Of a DNA stretch of 64,000 nucleotides, positions 26,588 through 44,401 are shown piece after piece (the stretch's first letter is position 1; every line of letters begins with the position of its first letter). The notes below the pieces were generated by a model. The model had not been told where the DNA came from, did no database searches, and was given only the letters and a program-made list of their open reading frames with translations. The stretch is from the human T2T-CHM13v2.0 reference genome, Homo sapiens. The stretch lies in assembly GCF_009914755.1 (NCBI RefSeq), contig NC_060928.1, one strand, 5' to 3'. Position numbers and translations under genes: made by a program.

Positions 26588-27984
26588 GGCTATATGCATT
26601 TCAAGTCTAGCCCCATATCTTGCCTCTCTTTCACTGTTCCCTATTTCTTGCCCTCAAATCTATTCCAAAAAAATTATCTTCAATAGACCTTGTTTATCAT
26701 GCAGATTTCATAGATGATTTCTCATCAATATTGTGAATCCTGGACTGAAATCTGTTCCCTAAAGAGCTGCCAAAATGCAAACCTGATCTACAATACTTGT
26801 AGTGAACCTGTAATTAAGGTAAAAATTATGTAAAATCAACACATCTGGAAGTTTATGACACAGGAAACTCTCAGAACAAATGGTTACAGGGCTTGGTAGT
26901 TGATGCAAACTATACTTTAACTCAGGTGGGGATGGGGTAGCAAGGAAATAGGAAGATTTAGAGCAGGTGAGGGCAGCAGGAAGAAAAGAGGAATCCACTT
27001 CCATAAGTGAGTGAGGAGAGTAGTAACTTCAGTACTACCATCTTTCTTTGAGAGAGAACTATAGCATCAAAATTAGATTCTTACAGCAACTCCATGCAAC
27101 ACAATCAATATGTATTGAGCACCTTCGATGGGCAAAGCAGCAAAAAGACAAAGTGAACAAGAAAGAGACTGGTCTGCCACACTTCCACAATTAACTACTT
27201 AGAACATATTTGTTCAAGTATTAAAGAGTTGATTTTTATTTAAAACCTTATTTATGCATCACTTTTTTCCCATTAAAAGATGCTTATGGAAAAATGGGTG
27301 GTGATATGACCAGAGGAAAATGAAGGTAGAGAAGATGAAACTATGAGTACTGTAAATACATAACATGCATGGCATAGGTCTTTCACATTTGTTAGAAGTG
27401 GGTCAAAAATCTGATCCTCAGCGTTCTGACAGCCATTGCATAAACAACACCACTGGCTATACGCTTCACTGTCTGTATAATATACACTGCATCTGCTCTG
27501 GAGAAACCCAACTATTCTAATATTAAGACTAGACAGCAATTTCTTCCATGGGTCCTCTTAATGGGTACCTTTAACTGACTACCAATGTTTCATCAACCTC
27601 TTTTTTCAAAGGTATGCCAATGTGGAAAATTCAGTGAAAACATTTGGGTGAAGGTTCCTATGCCACAAAGTTAAATACTTAGCTCAGAGAACAGCGAGCT
27701 GGTGTGTGTTTAAAAAACAAGGAAAATTAATACTGTTAAAGTAAATGCGATAAAAAAAGATTCTTCTAGAATATGGCTGAGATAATGCTGTTTCGTTCAT
27801 TATCTAATGGTTGATAACTTCTAGGATAACCTAAGATGTCTGTTATATAAAGCTTTTAGGGTTCTGACGATAATCCTGAATAAGAAATACTTCACAGATA
27901 AAAACACTGGTAACAGAATGAAGCATTAGAGAGAGACTTACTCTAATTCATTATGATATGCGAAACCCATCAAATAAATTTTCA

Positions 27985-28321
<337 letters not shown>

Positions 28322-28337
28322 TGAAAGGAAAAACAGT

Positions 28338-28699
<362 letters not shown>

Positions 28700-29056
28700 C
28701 TAAGATCATAAAAGAGAATTTTTCAATCATTAAGACCATTCTGACATTGACAATATTTTGTTCAATGGTGTATTTATATTCCCCTGGTAAAACAACAAAA
28801 TGGCAATTTTAGGGATGAAAAGGACTTTTAAGACCAATTAGACGAATCTCCTTGTTTTGAGAAGGGGACAAAACAGGCCCAAATAGACTGAATGACTTCA
28901 GCTAAGTTCACAGAGCTAAGTGGTGGTAGGGCCAGGTTGGCAGGCATTCACGTGTCGCATTGCTAGCTTAACACCAACCAAATTAGTTGCTCATTTCTAT
29001 TCATGACCCAAACGCATTTAGTTTATATAGCAGATGTTAGTTAGATTAATCAATAT

Positions 29057-29302
29057 TTAAGACCAGCCTGACCAATATGGTGAAACCCCATCTCTACTAA
29101 AAAATACAGAAAATTAGCTGGGTGTCGTGGCAGGCACCTATAATCCCAGCTACTTGTAAGGCTGAGCCAGGAGAATTGGTTGAAGAGTAGATGTCTTTTT
29201 TGAGACGCGAGGCAGAGGTTGCAGTGAGCCGAGATCGCATCATTGCACTCCAGCCTGGGCGACAGAGCGAGACTCCATCTCAAAAAAAAAAAAAAAAAAA
29301 AA
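29057..29302 (+). mobile_element. 5'-truncated AluS with a non-Alu patch at ~29185-29208
   Basis: Begins mid left monomer; A tail present. Confidence 0.88.
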
Positions 29303-29590
29303 AGTGCTGTGGACACAGGTGGTATTATATTCAACTGCATATATAACTTTTTATAATGAATGCACTGCCCAAATCACATTTCTGGAACCTAAAGATGAAT
29401 TTGCTTATTTTCAACCTCTTGGGCGTAACAGTAAATAATGAATGCCCTGATCCTGTGCTGAGGAAGGAAGACTTATCTATTTGATAAGTCCTTCTTGTTT
29501 TTTCTGACTCTGCATGGTACTGTATGTGTTCCTGTGGGGCATGTACAGTACATACATGTTATGTACAAACATAGTATGTTTTCTTTTGTT

Positions 29591-29810
29591 AAACATTTTG
29601 TTTGTTTTTGGAGATCGAGACCATCTTGGCCAACATGGTGAAACCAAACCTGGTCTCTACTAAAATACAAAAAATTAGCCAGACATGGTGGCACGTGCCT
29701 GTAATCCCACCACCAAGGCTGGCTAATTTTTTGTATTTTAGTAGAGACCGAGTTTGGTTTCACCATGTTGACCAAGACGGTCTCGATCTCCAAAAACAAA
29801 CAAAGTGTTT
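29591..29810. repeat. ~220-nt inverted repeat built from an internal Alu fragment plus flanking sequence
   Basis: 29591-29682 and 29719-29810 are reverse complements with 5 mismatches. Confidence 0.95.
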
Positions 29811-29839
29811 GTTTCCTAGTGGCTGAATGGGATATTTGA

Positions 29840-30300
<461 letters not shown>

Positions 30301-31191
30301 TAAGACATTTTGTAGTCTAATACTCATTTCTGTAACTCGGCTTCGGGAATGTTTTAGAAGATAGAATTGGTATAATAAACCGGTTTTCACTTTTCAAGAG
30401 AAAATATAGTTCCTTTGGACCTTGTAAATACCCTTTTATGGGTTTGTTATTATTGAAACAAAGGTAAGCAGGTAAGCAAGCCTTAAAACATAAACTGCAG
30501 TTGAACCAGAGCCATGGCCTCATCCCTCCAGTTCCATCTTCTGCTCTATCTCTTCCGTATCCCCGCTCTAGCGTGGCTGAGCTAATTCCTCTTCTTCTTG
30601 TGGCTTGTCATGTATTTTCACCCCTCGTTGCTGATGTTTATGGTGTTCCCCAGGCGGTAGTGCCTCTCTCCCTTTACCCCGCTTCTTCACCCTCCTGACT
30701 TCTACTCTTTTTTCAAGGCTGAGTTTCAATAGCCACCCCCCATCTCCCCACAGACCCCTCTTCAGTTTTCGTGAGGTCTCTTCAGATCTCTGAAGGCAGA
30801 TTCCATTATACTTTGTTTTTCAGCCCCACAATACTTACAGAACTTACATCATTCGACCATACATTATAGTTAGTTGTGCTTGTAAGACTTTCCCACCTGG
30901 ATTCTCAGCAATCTGTGGTCGGAACTGTTTCTTCTCCATCTGTGATCCCCTCTGCCCTGGCACAGTAGGTACATAACAAATGAATGAATGGATAGATGAC
31001 AAAGAACAAAATAGTATATAAAGTTCCTTAATGGTGTGTTCTGTTCAGGTTTTATCTTCGCAATTTCCTCTTCTCCACTTAATCTAGGGGGAAAACCTGA
31101 AGCATTCTTGTCTACTTGTTGAATAATTGAAGATTTTTTAAAAGTTAACAAAAAGAACCTTTATACATATTACATTTTCTATTAAAAGTGA

Positions 31192-31496
<305 letters not shown>

Positions 31497-31581
31497 TGAA
31501 TAGTAGTCTTAAATCATATTTTGATTAATTGTTTTATTTCAGATATACTTTCATATCAGGATTTTTAAAGGGCATAATTAA

Positions 31582-32025
<444 letters not shown>

Positions 32026-32574
32026 TAAATAGATTGAGACATTGTGAGATGAATGCTGTTGGAGGCTGTCAGGAAGCAATATAAAGAAGTTCCGAGAATG
32101 GTAATCCATGGTTAAACCTGAAATAGAAGAGGGCATGTAATGCATGTTATAGAGCATAACATTTTGTCTCATGCTCTCTTGGCCTGCCACTCACCCATAC
32201 TATTTCTGGTTAAAAATCCATCTTTGACATCACTACTTCCATAAATAGAGCCTTTCCTGATTACCTAGATGAAAATCATCTTTCTTTCATCTATCTCCAT
32301 ATAGTGTTTATTTTACTGCTCATTTGGTACTTCTGTACTCCCTTGTATTAGGGCTTTTTTATGTATTGAGCTTACCACCATGCCTGCATCCCCCCATGTA
32401 CCTTCTCTTTCTCTGTACATTGTAATCTCGAAGATCAGGTGCTGTATCTTTTATATCTTTGGGAATGTATATCTTTGTATTTCTTATTCTGCTAGTACAG
32501 GTACTTGTCCTAGTGTTAAATGAATGAGGTATAAGGAGATAGCTGTCATTGTCTTTATGAGAAATTATGTTGGT

Positions 32575-32812
32575 CTATGTCAGAGATTGGTAAACTTTTC
32601 CTGTAAAGGTCCAAATAGTAAACATTTTCACTGTTGGTGGCCTTTGGCCTCTGTCCAAACTACTCAACTTTGCCATTGTAGTGCAAAAGCAGCCATAAAT
32701 AGTACCTAAATGAATAAGCATGGTTGTGTTCCAATAAACTTTATTTTCAGAAATGGCCACAGACAAGATTTGGCCCATAGGCTGTAGTTTTGGCCAGCTT
32801 CTGGTCTGTAGA
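32575..32812. mobile_element. MER58A-like DNA transposon
   Basis: GGTAAACTTTTCCTGTAAAGGTCCAAATAGTAAA...GATTTGGCCCATAGGCTGTAGTTT. Confidence 0.8.
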
Positions 32813-33447
32813 CTCAATATCAAGATTTTGGAAGTACTAATACAGATGTTATGCTAGAGGACTAATTTAGATGTAGCAATACCGTATATGTATAGTGGGA
32901 TGAGATAAGTACGTTAATAAGGACCAATTACGAAGTCATGGTTATTGTACATGGAGCTGGAATAACAGGAATGGATACAATGGAAAAACAGGAGGAATGT
33001 AAAGATGTGTAGAGATTTCAGCAGTTTTCTGTGTTAGCCTTATAACTAACCATGAGGCCACAATGCCTGGCAAGTATGAGAGAAGGAAGAGAATGGGAAT
33101 GCTAGGACTAAGATGTATAATGAATTCCTGTCTGAAGTCAAGGGAAGAATCAGAGTCAGTAGTGAGTTGCATTTCCTATGAGAGAAGTGACATGATGGAT
33201 GAAAAGGAAAAGGCTTGGCTAAGGAACATTCAAGGCAGTGCATTGGCACAGGTGTTTATTCCAATAGGTTTATTTCTCTTTAGAATCATTAAACCATGGG
33301 TATCTTTCATCTAGCCCAACATTAGAACTTAGTGTGTGTATGTTTTTCCTTCTTTTTCCTTCCCCAAACTGTTTTTTTAAGAAACGAATTTTATATATCT
33401 TTCTGGTTCAGAGTAAGCTGTGCTGCTGAAACAAAAAAACCTAATGA

Positions 33448-33762
<315 letters not shown>

Positions 33763-35321
33763 ATTGTTAAAGCCAGTTTTTTCCCTCTTAGGAAATGGTT
33801 CTGTGATGAGCTCTACAGGTCAAGCAGTAGCTCTGCTCCACACAGTCATTCAGGGAGCTAAGCTGACCTGTTCCTTTGTCATCTCTACATGTGACTTCCA
33901 AAGTCAAAAGTGCACAGAGGATGTTTCAGTTTTGCAAGATGTTATGGCCTAGGCCTGGAGTGTTACATATCTTGTGTGTGTGTTCCATTGAATATTTTAT
34001 TGAATATGTCACATGGTCACATTTAGCTTCAAGAAGGCTGAGATATGTAGTCCTGGCCAGGAACCACATTCTAGCTAAAAGTTGATTACTGTGGGAAGAG
34101 GAAGAATGGATTCTAGCAGATGTTTAGCTACATCTGCCACAGTCCCCTTGTCCAGAAACGGGGTAGTTTTGTTTTGGGGGTCACTGAATTTCCAAGACAC
34201 TATTGAGCCTCACTTATAAGTGTTCCTCAGCAATAGATATTTACAAGGAAACTTTATTTCTCTCTGAAAAACTTAAAAAGTAATTTGAGCTAGAACAGGA
34301 ACATTTGACACCTTATTGGGTTCATTATAAGCCGCCCTCCAGGCGTATCATAATAGAAAAGGATATAGTCTTGTACACTTACACACTAAGGAAGAGAGAG
34401 AAATACATTATAATGGTTAAATTAGAATTTGAGGCCAGAACTGAAGTTTATGCAATAACATCTGATAAGGAAGAAAATAAATATAGCTGAGAAAAGATGC
34501 TGACGATATGGTTTTAGGGAGGACTTACTTTAGAGGAATTCTGGTGATTAATAGCTAAATGAGCAATAATAGTTATTAAAAGTATTATGCATATCTGGTA
34601 CATTAATTTAGTAGCATTTTATAGACAAGCTTGTTATAAATATGTTCTAAAAACTGGAAATCTTAGATATTTAGGATAGTTGAAAGATGTTAACTAACTG
34701 TATCTCAGAATAAAACGTGTCTTAGTATATAATATCATAACTGACACTAATTCACTCTAGTTCAGGGTATATTTAGAAAGAGATTAATAACTATATTAGC
34801 ATGACTTCATATAATGAAGTCATGTTATTTACTTAATTACGTCACTTATATACTTGGTTTTTTAATTTGTCAGATTTGGATGTCACTATTGATCAGTTTC
34901 AAATGCATAACTTTGAGATATTAGATATATTTTCAATGGCTTTTCATACTACTACAATATAATTATTGCTTTATATAATGAAATGGCTAGATTGCCATAG
35001 CTACATTATATATTTCTTGAACTAGTCACTCTTGTGTATTGTCTGTGGAATATTAGTAAGGCTTCAATTAATGAGTTGTCCAAAGTGCTATTTATAATAT
35101 GTACATATATGTAGTATTGGAAGTATTTAATATTATTATTACTGATATAAACATATTATAAACTGTACCTGTGCCCAGCAATGTCAAAACATAAAATATC
35201 ATTGTAGGTCCTGTGGAATTGTCTTTTTCTGGAGTCTTATTATTCTCATCCTACACTGCACCAGACTAATCTGCACTTAGTAAGCACATATTAACCATTG
35301 CTTTAAGAATATTAGGAACAG

Positions 35322-35643
<322 letters not shown>

Positions 35644-35996
35644 TTAGCAATGCTAGGAAAAGGTTGTTTCTCTTAATGGGGGAGAAAAGTATGTATAGGA
35701 TGAGGGAGTCCTGGCTTGGTAGTTGTGTACAAAGGATCTGGAAGTTTCCGTTGATCCACTCATGAATGATGGATTCTAGAAGCTAGTATGGCTCCTAACT
35801 AATTGAAGAGAAATGCAGCATCTGATTACAGCAAGAAACAGTTCCATTTCATTACATTGGGATTGTCACATTGATTGTCAGACTGAGTCAAGGGCATTGT
35901 GTTTTGTTACTGGGGCAGTACTTTACAAAGAACACTAACAAAGCTGGACAGGGAGGTGCATTCAGAAGATGATTAAGATGGTGAGAGTTCTTGTAG

Positions 35997-36304
<308 letters not shown>

Positions 36305-38940
36305 GGGGCTGCATATTTTTAATCTAGTGAAAAAGAAGCTGAGGAAAAGCAAGATATTTGCATTCAAATATCTGAGATGGTATCATGTGAAAGAAGGTTG
36401 TCATTCTGTGTTGCTTCCAAGCAAGGAAATTACTCCCAAGATAGAGCAGAATAGGTAGGCAGAGTTCAGCTCAGTTCAAGAAAATTTTTGTATCCATTCT
36501 GGCTGTTCCCTAATAGACTGCTTCTTGAAGTGTAGGACTCCCAAGTTTCTAAAATAACTCAGGCAGAAGCTAAAGAAGCACTGGAAAAACTGCCAACACA
36601 GCTAGAGCCTGGTGCTGGAGAAGCCATCTATATCTATGCAATAGGAGCCTGTGAAGTGAACACACCCGAACCAGGAAGCAAAATCTTTTCCTCCGTCAGT
36701 GGCTCTCTAGTGTCCTCTACTGAAAAAACTTCAGTGCCAGTCAGCAAAGGAAAAATATTTAAAGGTCCCAGATCTATTTTCACAGAGCAGTCAAAAAGGG
36801 AGAATTTGAGGGCATATACAAGACGTTAATAACCATCATATGAGGAATGAGACAGCAGCTGTTGTGCAGTACTTGAAGGTGGCAGCTGCACTCATGAGCA
36901 CTGCCACGCTGGTCAGGCCAAGGAGGGATGGGAGACAGAGCCGGACTGGTCAAGCACTGATAACGAAGTGCTCATTTTAAATACAGTGTTAGTGCCTAGA
37001 ATAGAAATCAGGGAAGCAGCACTTGTTCCAGGGACAGAGAATCCAACCCAGAGATGGATTGGGTAAGACAGAGATCCAAAAAAAGTATGAGACTTAACAA
37101 TTGCATGAGAAGTTAGACTGAGTAGAAAGAAAGATGGGTAGATTATTGAGAAGCCAAAAAGTTAGCTTAAATAGGAGCATTTGAGACCCAGGGCTGCCGC
37201 AGGTCAGAATGGAAGCTGAGGTGATCTTAATCTCTACGCTTCCTTTCATCGCTGATGTTCTCTGAGGTCCCTTGGGTACCCAGCTTTGATATCTATCACA
37301 ATGTCAGAAACCACTGAGGTTTGGAGATTGATAAACTCAGATGCCTTGCTAAAATTAGCCTACTGCTGTTCATCCCTTGTTCTGCCCGCTCCTTACCATC
37401 TGCCTTCCCCACCAAGGAAAAGCTTTGGCTTATTTATAGTGTAATAACTATTTAGTGAGAGTAATTTTGTTTTAGCTTTTTATTGATATGATATTATTAA
37501 TCTTTCTGTAAAAGGTCATTGGGGGTTAGACTGTTTGTTGTGAGGTTTTGCCTGAAACCAACTCAAGTGTACTACTCATAACTGTTGTTCATTTGAGCTT
37601 AAGCTTGGCTGCTGTACTGACAGGTTATAGTCCATCTTGACATATGAAATTCACTTTATAACGAATCCAGCCACATTCGTTTAATTAGTTTATTCAATTT
37701 AGTGGGATTGTGCTGCCATTTAATTAGTGGAGTCTGAATTTGTGCCAGTGACTAAGCATCGTAATCAACAGTTGTTATGCCTGCAATTATGTGAAAACTG
37801 ACACCAAAGTCTAACCTCTCTTGGAGAGAAAATATACCACCTTAATGTATCTTTCACACTAAATTAGGATGAAATATCTTTATAGTTATCCCATTTATGT
37901 AAGGCTATTAGACATTAGAAAAAGGTCATTTCATAAGTATAGCAGTGACCATTAAAATTATTAATATTATAATAGCATAGTAATATTCTTGGTTTTGAAA
38001 CTTTAGAACAGCTTTGTAGTCTGTGCTAGTCACACTGCTTTCCTGGGAACCTTTTCACTCTTATCTACCTGGTTTAGTCGAATTGGCCATCTTAGTCCAA
38101 CCTGACCTTCATTCAATTGGCCACCTGACCCAGGAATTTAGAACTAAGTCTAGGATTCTCACCTCTGCTGGCTGCTCTTTTGAATAGTGGAGTTGTACTT
38201 GGGGCCATTTGGTGGTGACCATTTTCTACCATGTGGACCAAGAAGCAGTAACAATTCATTTTATAGTGATAAGCAGAATGATGCTGACAGGCAGATAGGA
38301 GGAGACGAAATACGGATCAAGAGGACTTCCCAACCTCAATATAACACTCCAGTTCCTGATCCTGAGTCCATTCCTGAGGCTTAATTAAATCCTTCTATGT
38401 AGTCTCCGTTAGAGACATTCCTAAGTCCTCAGAGTAAATTTCCATTCTTACTTATGGTAAGTCAAGTAGGTATTTGTTTCTTTCATCCAAATAACAAATA
38501 TATATGAAGTGATCATTCAAACTTATCAGAAAAACATTAAGAAATGGGTAAAAGACATGAGTGGTTTTCAGAACAGGGAATAAAAATGCAAATAAACATG
38601 AAAAGTGGTCAGCCTCACTGATAGTCAAAAAAATGCAAAAACAATAGTAGAAAAAGATAACATTTGCCTTTTTTTTTTTTTTTTTTGCCTGTCAAATTGC
38701 CAAAGAAAAACAAAAAACTCAAAGCGTAAAGCATGGCATGATGTGGGAACTCTTTTGTGTTGCTAGTGAGAGTGTAAAGTGATTGTATAATTCATGGTCC
38801 AACAGGAAACAGATGGCCCACTTAGATTAGGATAATTAGAGGGAAGTTTATACACAAAGGATGATTCACAGAGATGTGGGCGCAGGGGAACCACTAGGGA
38901 TGGTGTACTAACCTTGGACTACTATTGATGGGCAAGATGA

Positions 38941-39302
<362 letters not shown>

Positions 39303-40319
39303 AGAAATTATTTCTTTATGGTTCCTTTAATCATGAACTTTCTAATATTATTAAAACTGAAATGGAAAAATCCTCAGTCCAGGTTAAAACTTCAGGTGCT
39401 TTATTCAATCATTTTTAATGACAGAGCTAATTTTTTCCAAGTAAATCCTGTGCAGTTTTTAATACCAGCAGCTTTTGAAGTCAGCACTCCTTTTGTTTCA
39501 TTAATAATACATGTAAAACGATAGCTAATGCTTAGCATGTGCCATACACTATCATGAGCTTTGTCTCACTCAGTCCCCCTCACTTCTGGGAGTCCTAGGA
39601 AATAGGTACTGATATTACCCTGTATTTATTGATCAACTGATAAAGCAACTAAGGCTCAGACCCAGCCTGTCACCTGACTTAATTGAAGTAGAGCTTTGAA
39701 TATTGCTAAAACTTGATCGTTTCATAGCCTAAAATGGGTACTTGAATTCTTTAAGACCTATGAGATTAAATATTAAAAGGGACCACAAAAGTGACCTAGC
39801 CACATCAGTTTTATGTGGAAAACTTCAATTAATTAAAAGAGAGTTTGATTCTTTGCATAGTCAGATGTCAAATATGACTTCAAATAATCCAAGAATATTG
39901 GGCAAGGAACTTCAAAAGAGTTTGGCTCAGTATCGTATCTGTAGCAAAATTAGAGTTTAGTACATAGCTATCTCTTTTGTTGCTTAAAACCAATCTCTCT
40001 CTCTTCCCCCCACACACAAAAAATCCAGTATCTTAAATTTTAAAGTTATCCTCCTAAGTGCTCATAAACCAGTATATGGGAATATAGTTCTTGAAATCTG
40101 AATGGCTGGTTGATGTATGAAAATTTGATAACTCATTAAAAATAACTTGTTACAAAATATTTTCTGTATGTACAATCTCATATAATTTCTACATGGCCTT
40201 GTCATACATCTTATATAGATGGGAAAATTGAGGCCCAGAAAGGTTAAGTAAATGTTTCACACAGTTAGTAGGTAGTCGAGCCAGGACTTAAATCCAGGTC
40301 TTCATAATGAATCTCATAC

Positions 40320-40594
40320 TTTTTTTTTTTTTGAAACAGATTTACTCTGTTACCCAGGCTAGAGTCCAGAGATGCTATCTATCATAGCTTACTTAGCTTA
40401 CTGCAGCCTCAACCTCCTGGGCCCAAGCAGTCCTTCTGCCTCAGTCTCCCAGATAGCTGGGACTACAGGTGTGCACCACCATGCCTGGCCAATTTTTCTT
40501 TTTTTAAATTTTTTGTAGAGACAAGGTCTCACTGTGTTCACACGCTGGTCTCGAACTCCTGGCGCAAGTGCTTCTCCTGCCTCGGCCTCCCAAA
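40320..40594 (-). mobile_element. 5'-truncated AluJ-like
   Basis: TSD GAATCTCAT(A/G)CTTT. Confidence 0.9.
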
Positions 40595-41074
40595 GAATCT
40601 CATGCTTTCAAAAAATGACATTGCCCTATTTTTCTCCTCTCTCTTTTTTGAAGCACAGAAATAGACATGGGCAAACTGAAGATGAACCCTATGAAGGAAA
40701 TCCCCTTAATTCCTGGAGAACAAAAATGAACAAGTCACAAGAAAAATCAGCTTGCTCTTTGAAAGTATCGGGACTTTTATATTCTACTTTCCTTCTGTTT
40801 ACATAACCATATCCTGTTCATTGGAGTCCCGCCTCCAATATTCCTTCACACTTGCTTCCGCTGCCTTCATTGTCACTGATACACTATACAGGGCATTGGT
40901 TTTTCCCATGATTTGTTACTTCTGTTAGACTAGACATTCTCTGAGGTCAGGGACCATGTGTGATACTTCTGTTTTGTACTTTAAAATGCATGGTTGTGGA
41001 TTTGAAACTCAGAAGTGTATGGGTTGATTTCTTTTTCCTCCATAGCATATTTGAGTTGTTGAGACTCTGATTAA

Positions 41075-41340
<266 letters not shown>

Positions 41341-42707
41341 TAAACCTCACATTTAAAGCAAAGCAGGACCACCACATAGCATTAGGCAGGTTTTGCACTT
41401 AATCTAGGGTGCTACATGTAAGACGTGGCATTTGCATTGTGGATAGGTAAATTTATTATGTTTTTCTGGCAAATGACCATGAATGTATCGAGGAAGGGAA
41501 GCCAACTTTTAAATTCACTAAAGGCACCTAAGGATCAGTGCAAAAATCCTGACCACTGCCATGTAGAAAAGAGCTGTGTGTTATTGCCAACTTTAAATTT
41601 ATCCAGAGAATGAGTCAAAATAAAAATGATATTTAAAGTCTGACTGAAAATAGCAATTATATTAGAGAAGAAATAATGAACCAAATCCCCAAAAATGAAC
41701 ATAAAACTTTTTATTATTTTTTTATTATACTTTAAGTTCTAGGGTACATGTGCACAACGTGCAGTTTGTTACATAGGTATTCATGTGCCATGTTGGTTTG
41801 CTACACCCATTAACTCGTCATTTACATTAGGTATTTCTAATGCTATCCCTCCCCTTGCCCCCCACCCCACAACAGGCCCCAAGGTGTGGTGTTCCCCGCC
41901 CTGTTTCCACGTGTTCTCATTGTTCAGTTCCCAATTGTGAGTGAGAACATGCGGTGTTTGGTTTTCTGTCCTTGCAATAGTTTGCTCGGAGTGATGGTTT
42001 CCAGCTGCATCCATGTCCCTGCAAAGGACATGAACTCATCCTTTTTTATGGCTGCATAGTATTCCATGGTGTATATGTGCCACATTTTCTTAATCCAGTC
42101 TATCATTGATGGACATTTGGGTTGGTTCCAAGTCTTTGCTATGGTGAATAGTGCCACAATAAACATACGTGTGCATGTGTCTGTATAGTAGCATGATTTG
42201 TAATCCTTTGGGTATATACCCAGTAATGGGATGGCTGGGTCAAATGGTATTTCTAGTTCTAGATCCCTGAGGATTTGCCACACTGTCTTCCACAATGGTT
42301 GAACTAGTTTACACTCCCAACAACAGTGTAAAAGCGTTCCTATTTCTCCACATCCTTTCCAGCATCTGTTGTTTCCTGACTTTTTAATGATTGCCATTCT
42401 AACTGGTGTGAGATGGCATCTCATTGTGGTTTTGATTTGCATTTCTCTGATGGCCAGTGATGATGAGCATTTTTTCATGTGTCTGTTGGCTGCATAAATG
42501 TCTTCTTTTGAGAAGTGTCTGTTCATATCCTTCGCCCACTTTTTGATGGGATTGTTTTTTTCCTGTGCATTTGCTTAAGTTCTTTGTAGATTCTGGATAT
42601 TAGCCCTTTGTCAGATGGGTAGATTGTAAAAATTTTCTCCCAGTCTGTAGGTTGTCTGTTCACTCTGATGGTAGTTTCTTTTGCTGTGCAGAAGCTCTTT
42701 AGTTTAA

Positions 42708-44401
<1,694 letters not shown>

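Noticed and set aside
34800-34824. 11-bp stem CATGACTTCAT/ATGAAGTCATG
   Set aside because: Short hairpin in AT-rich DNA with no supporting context.
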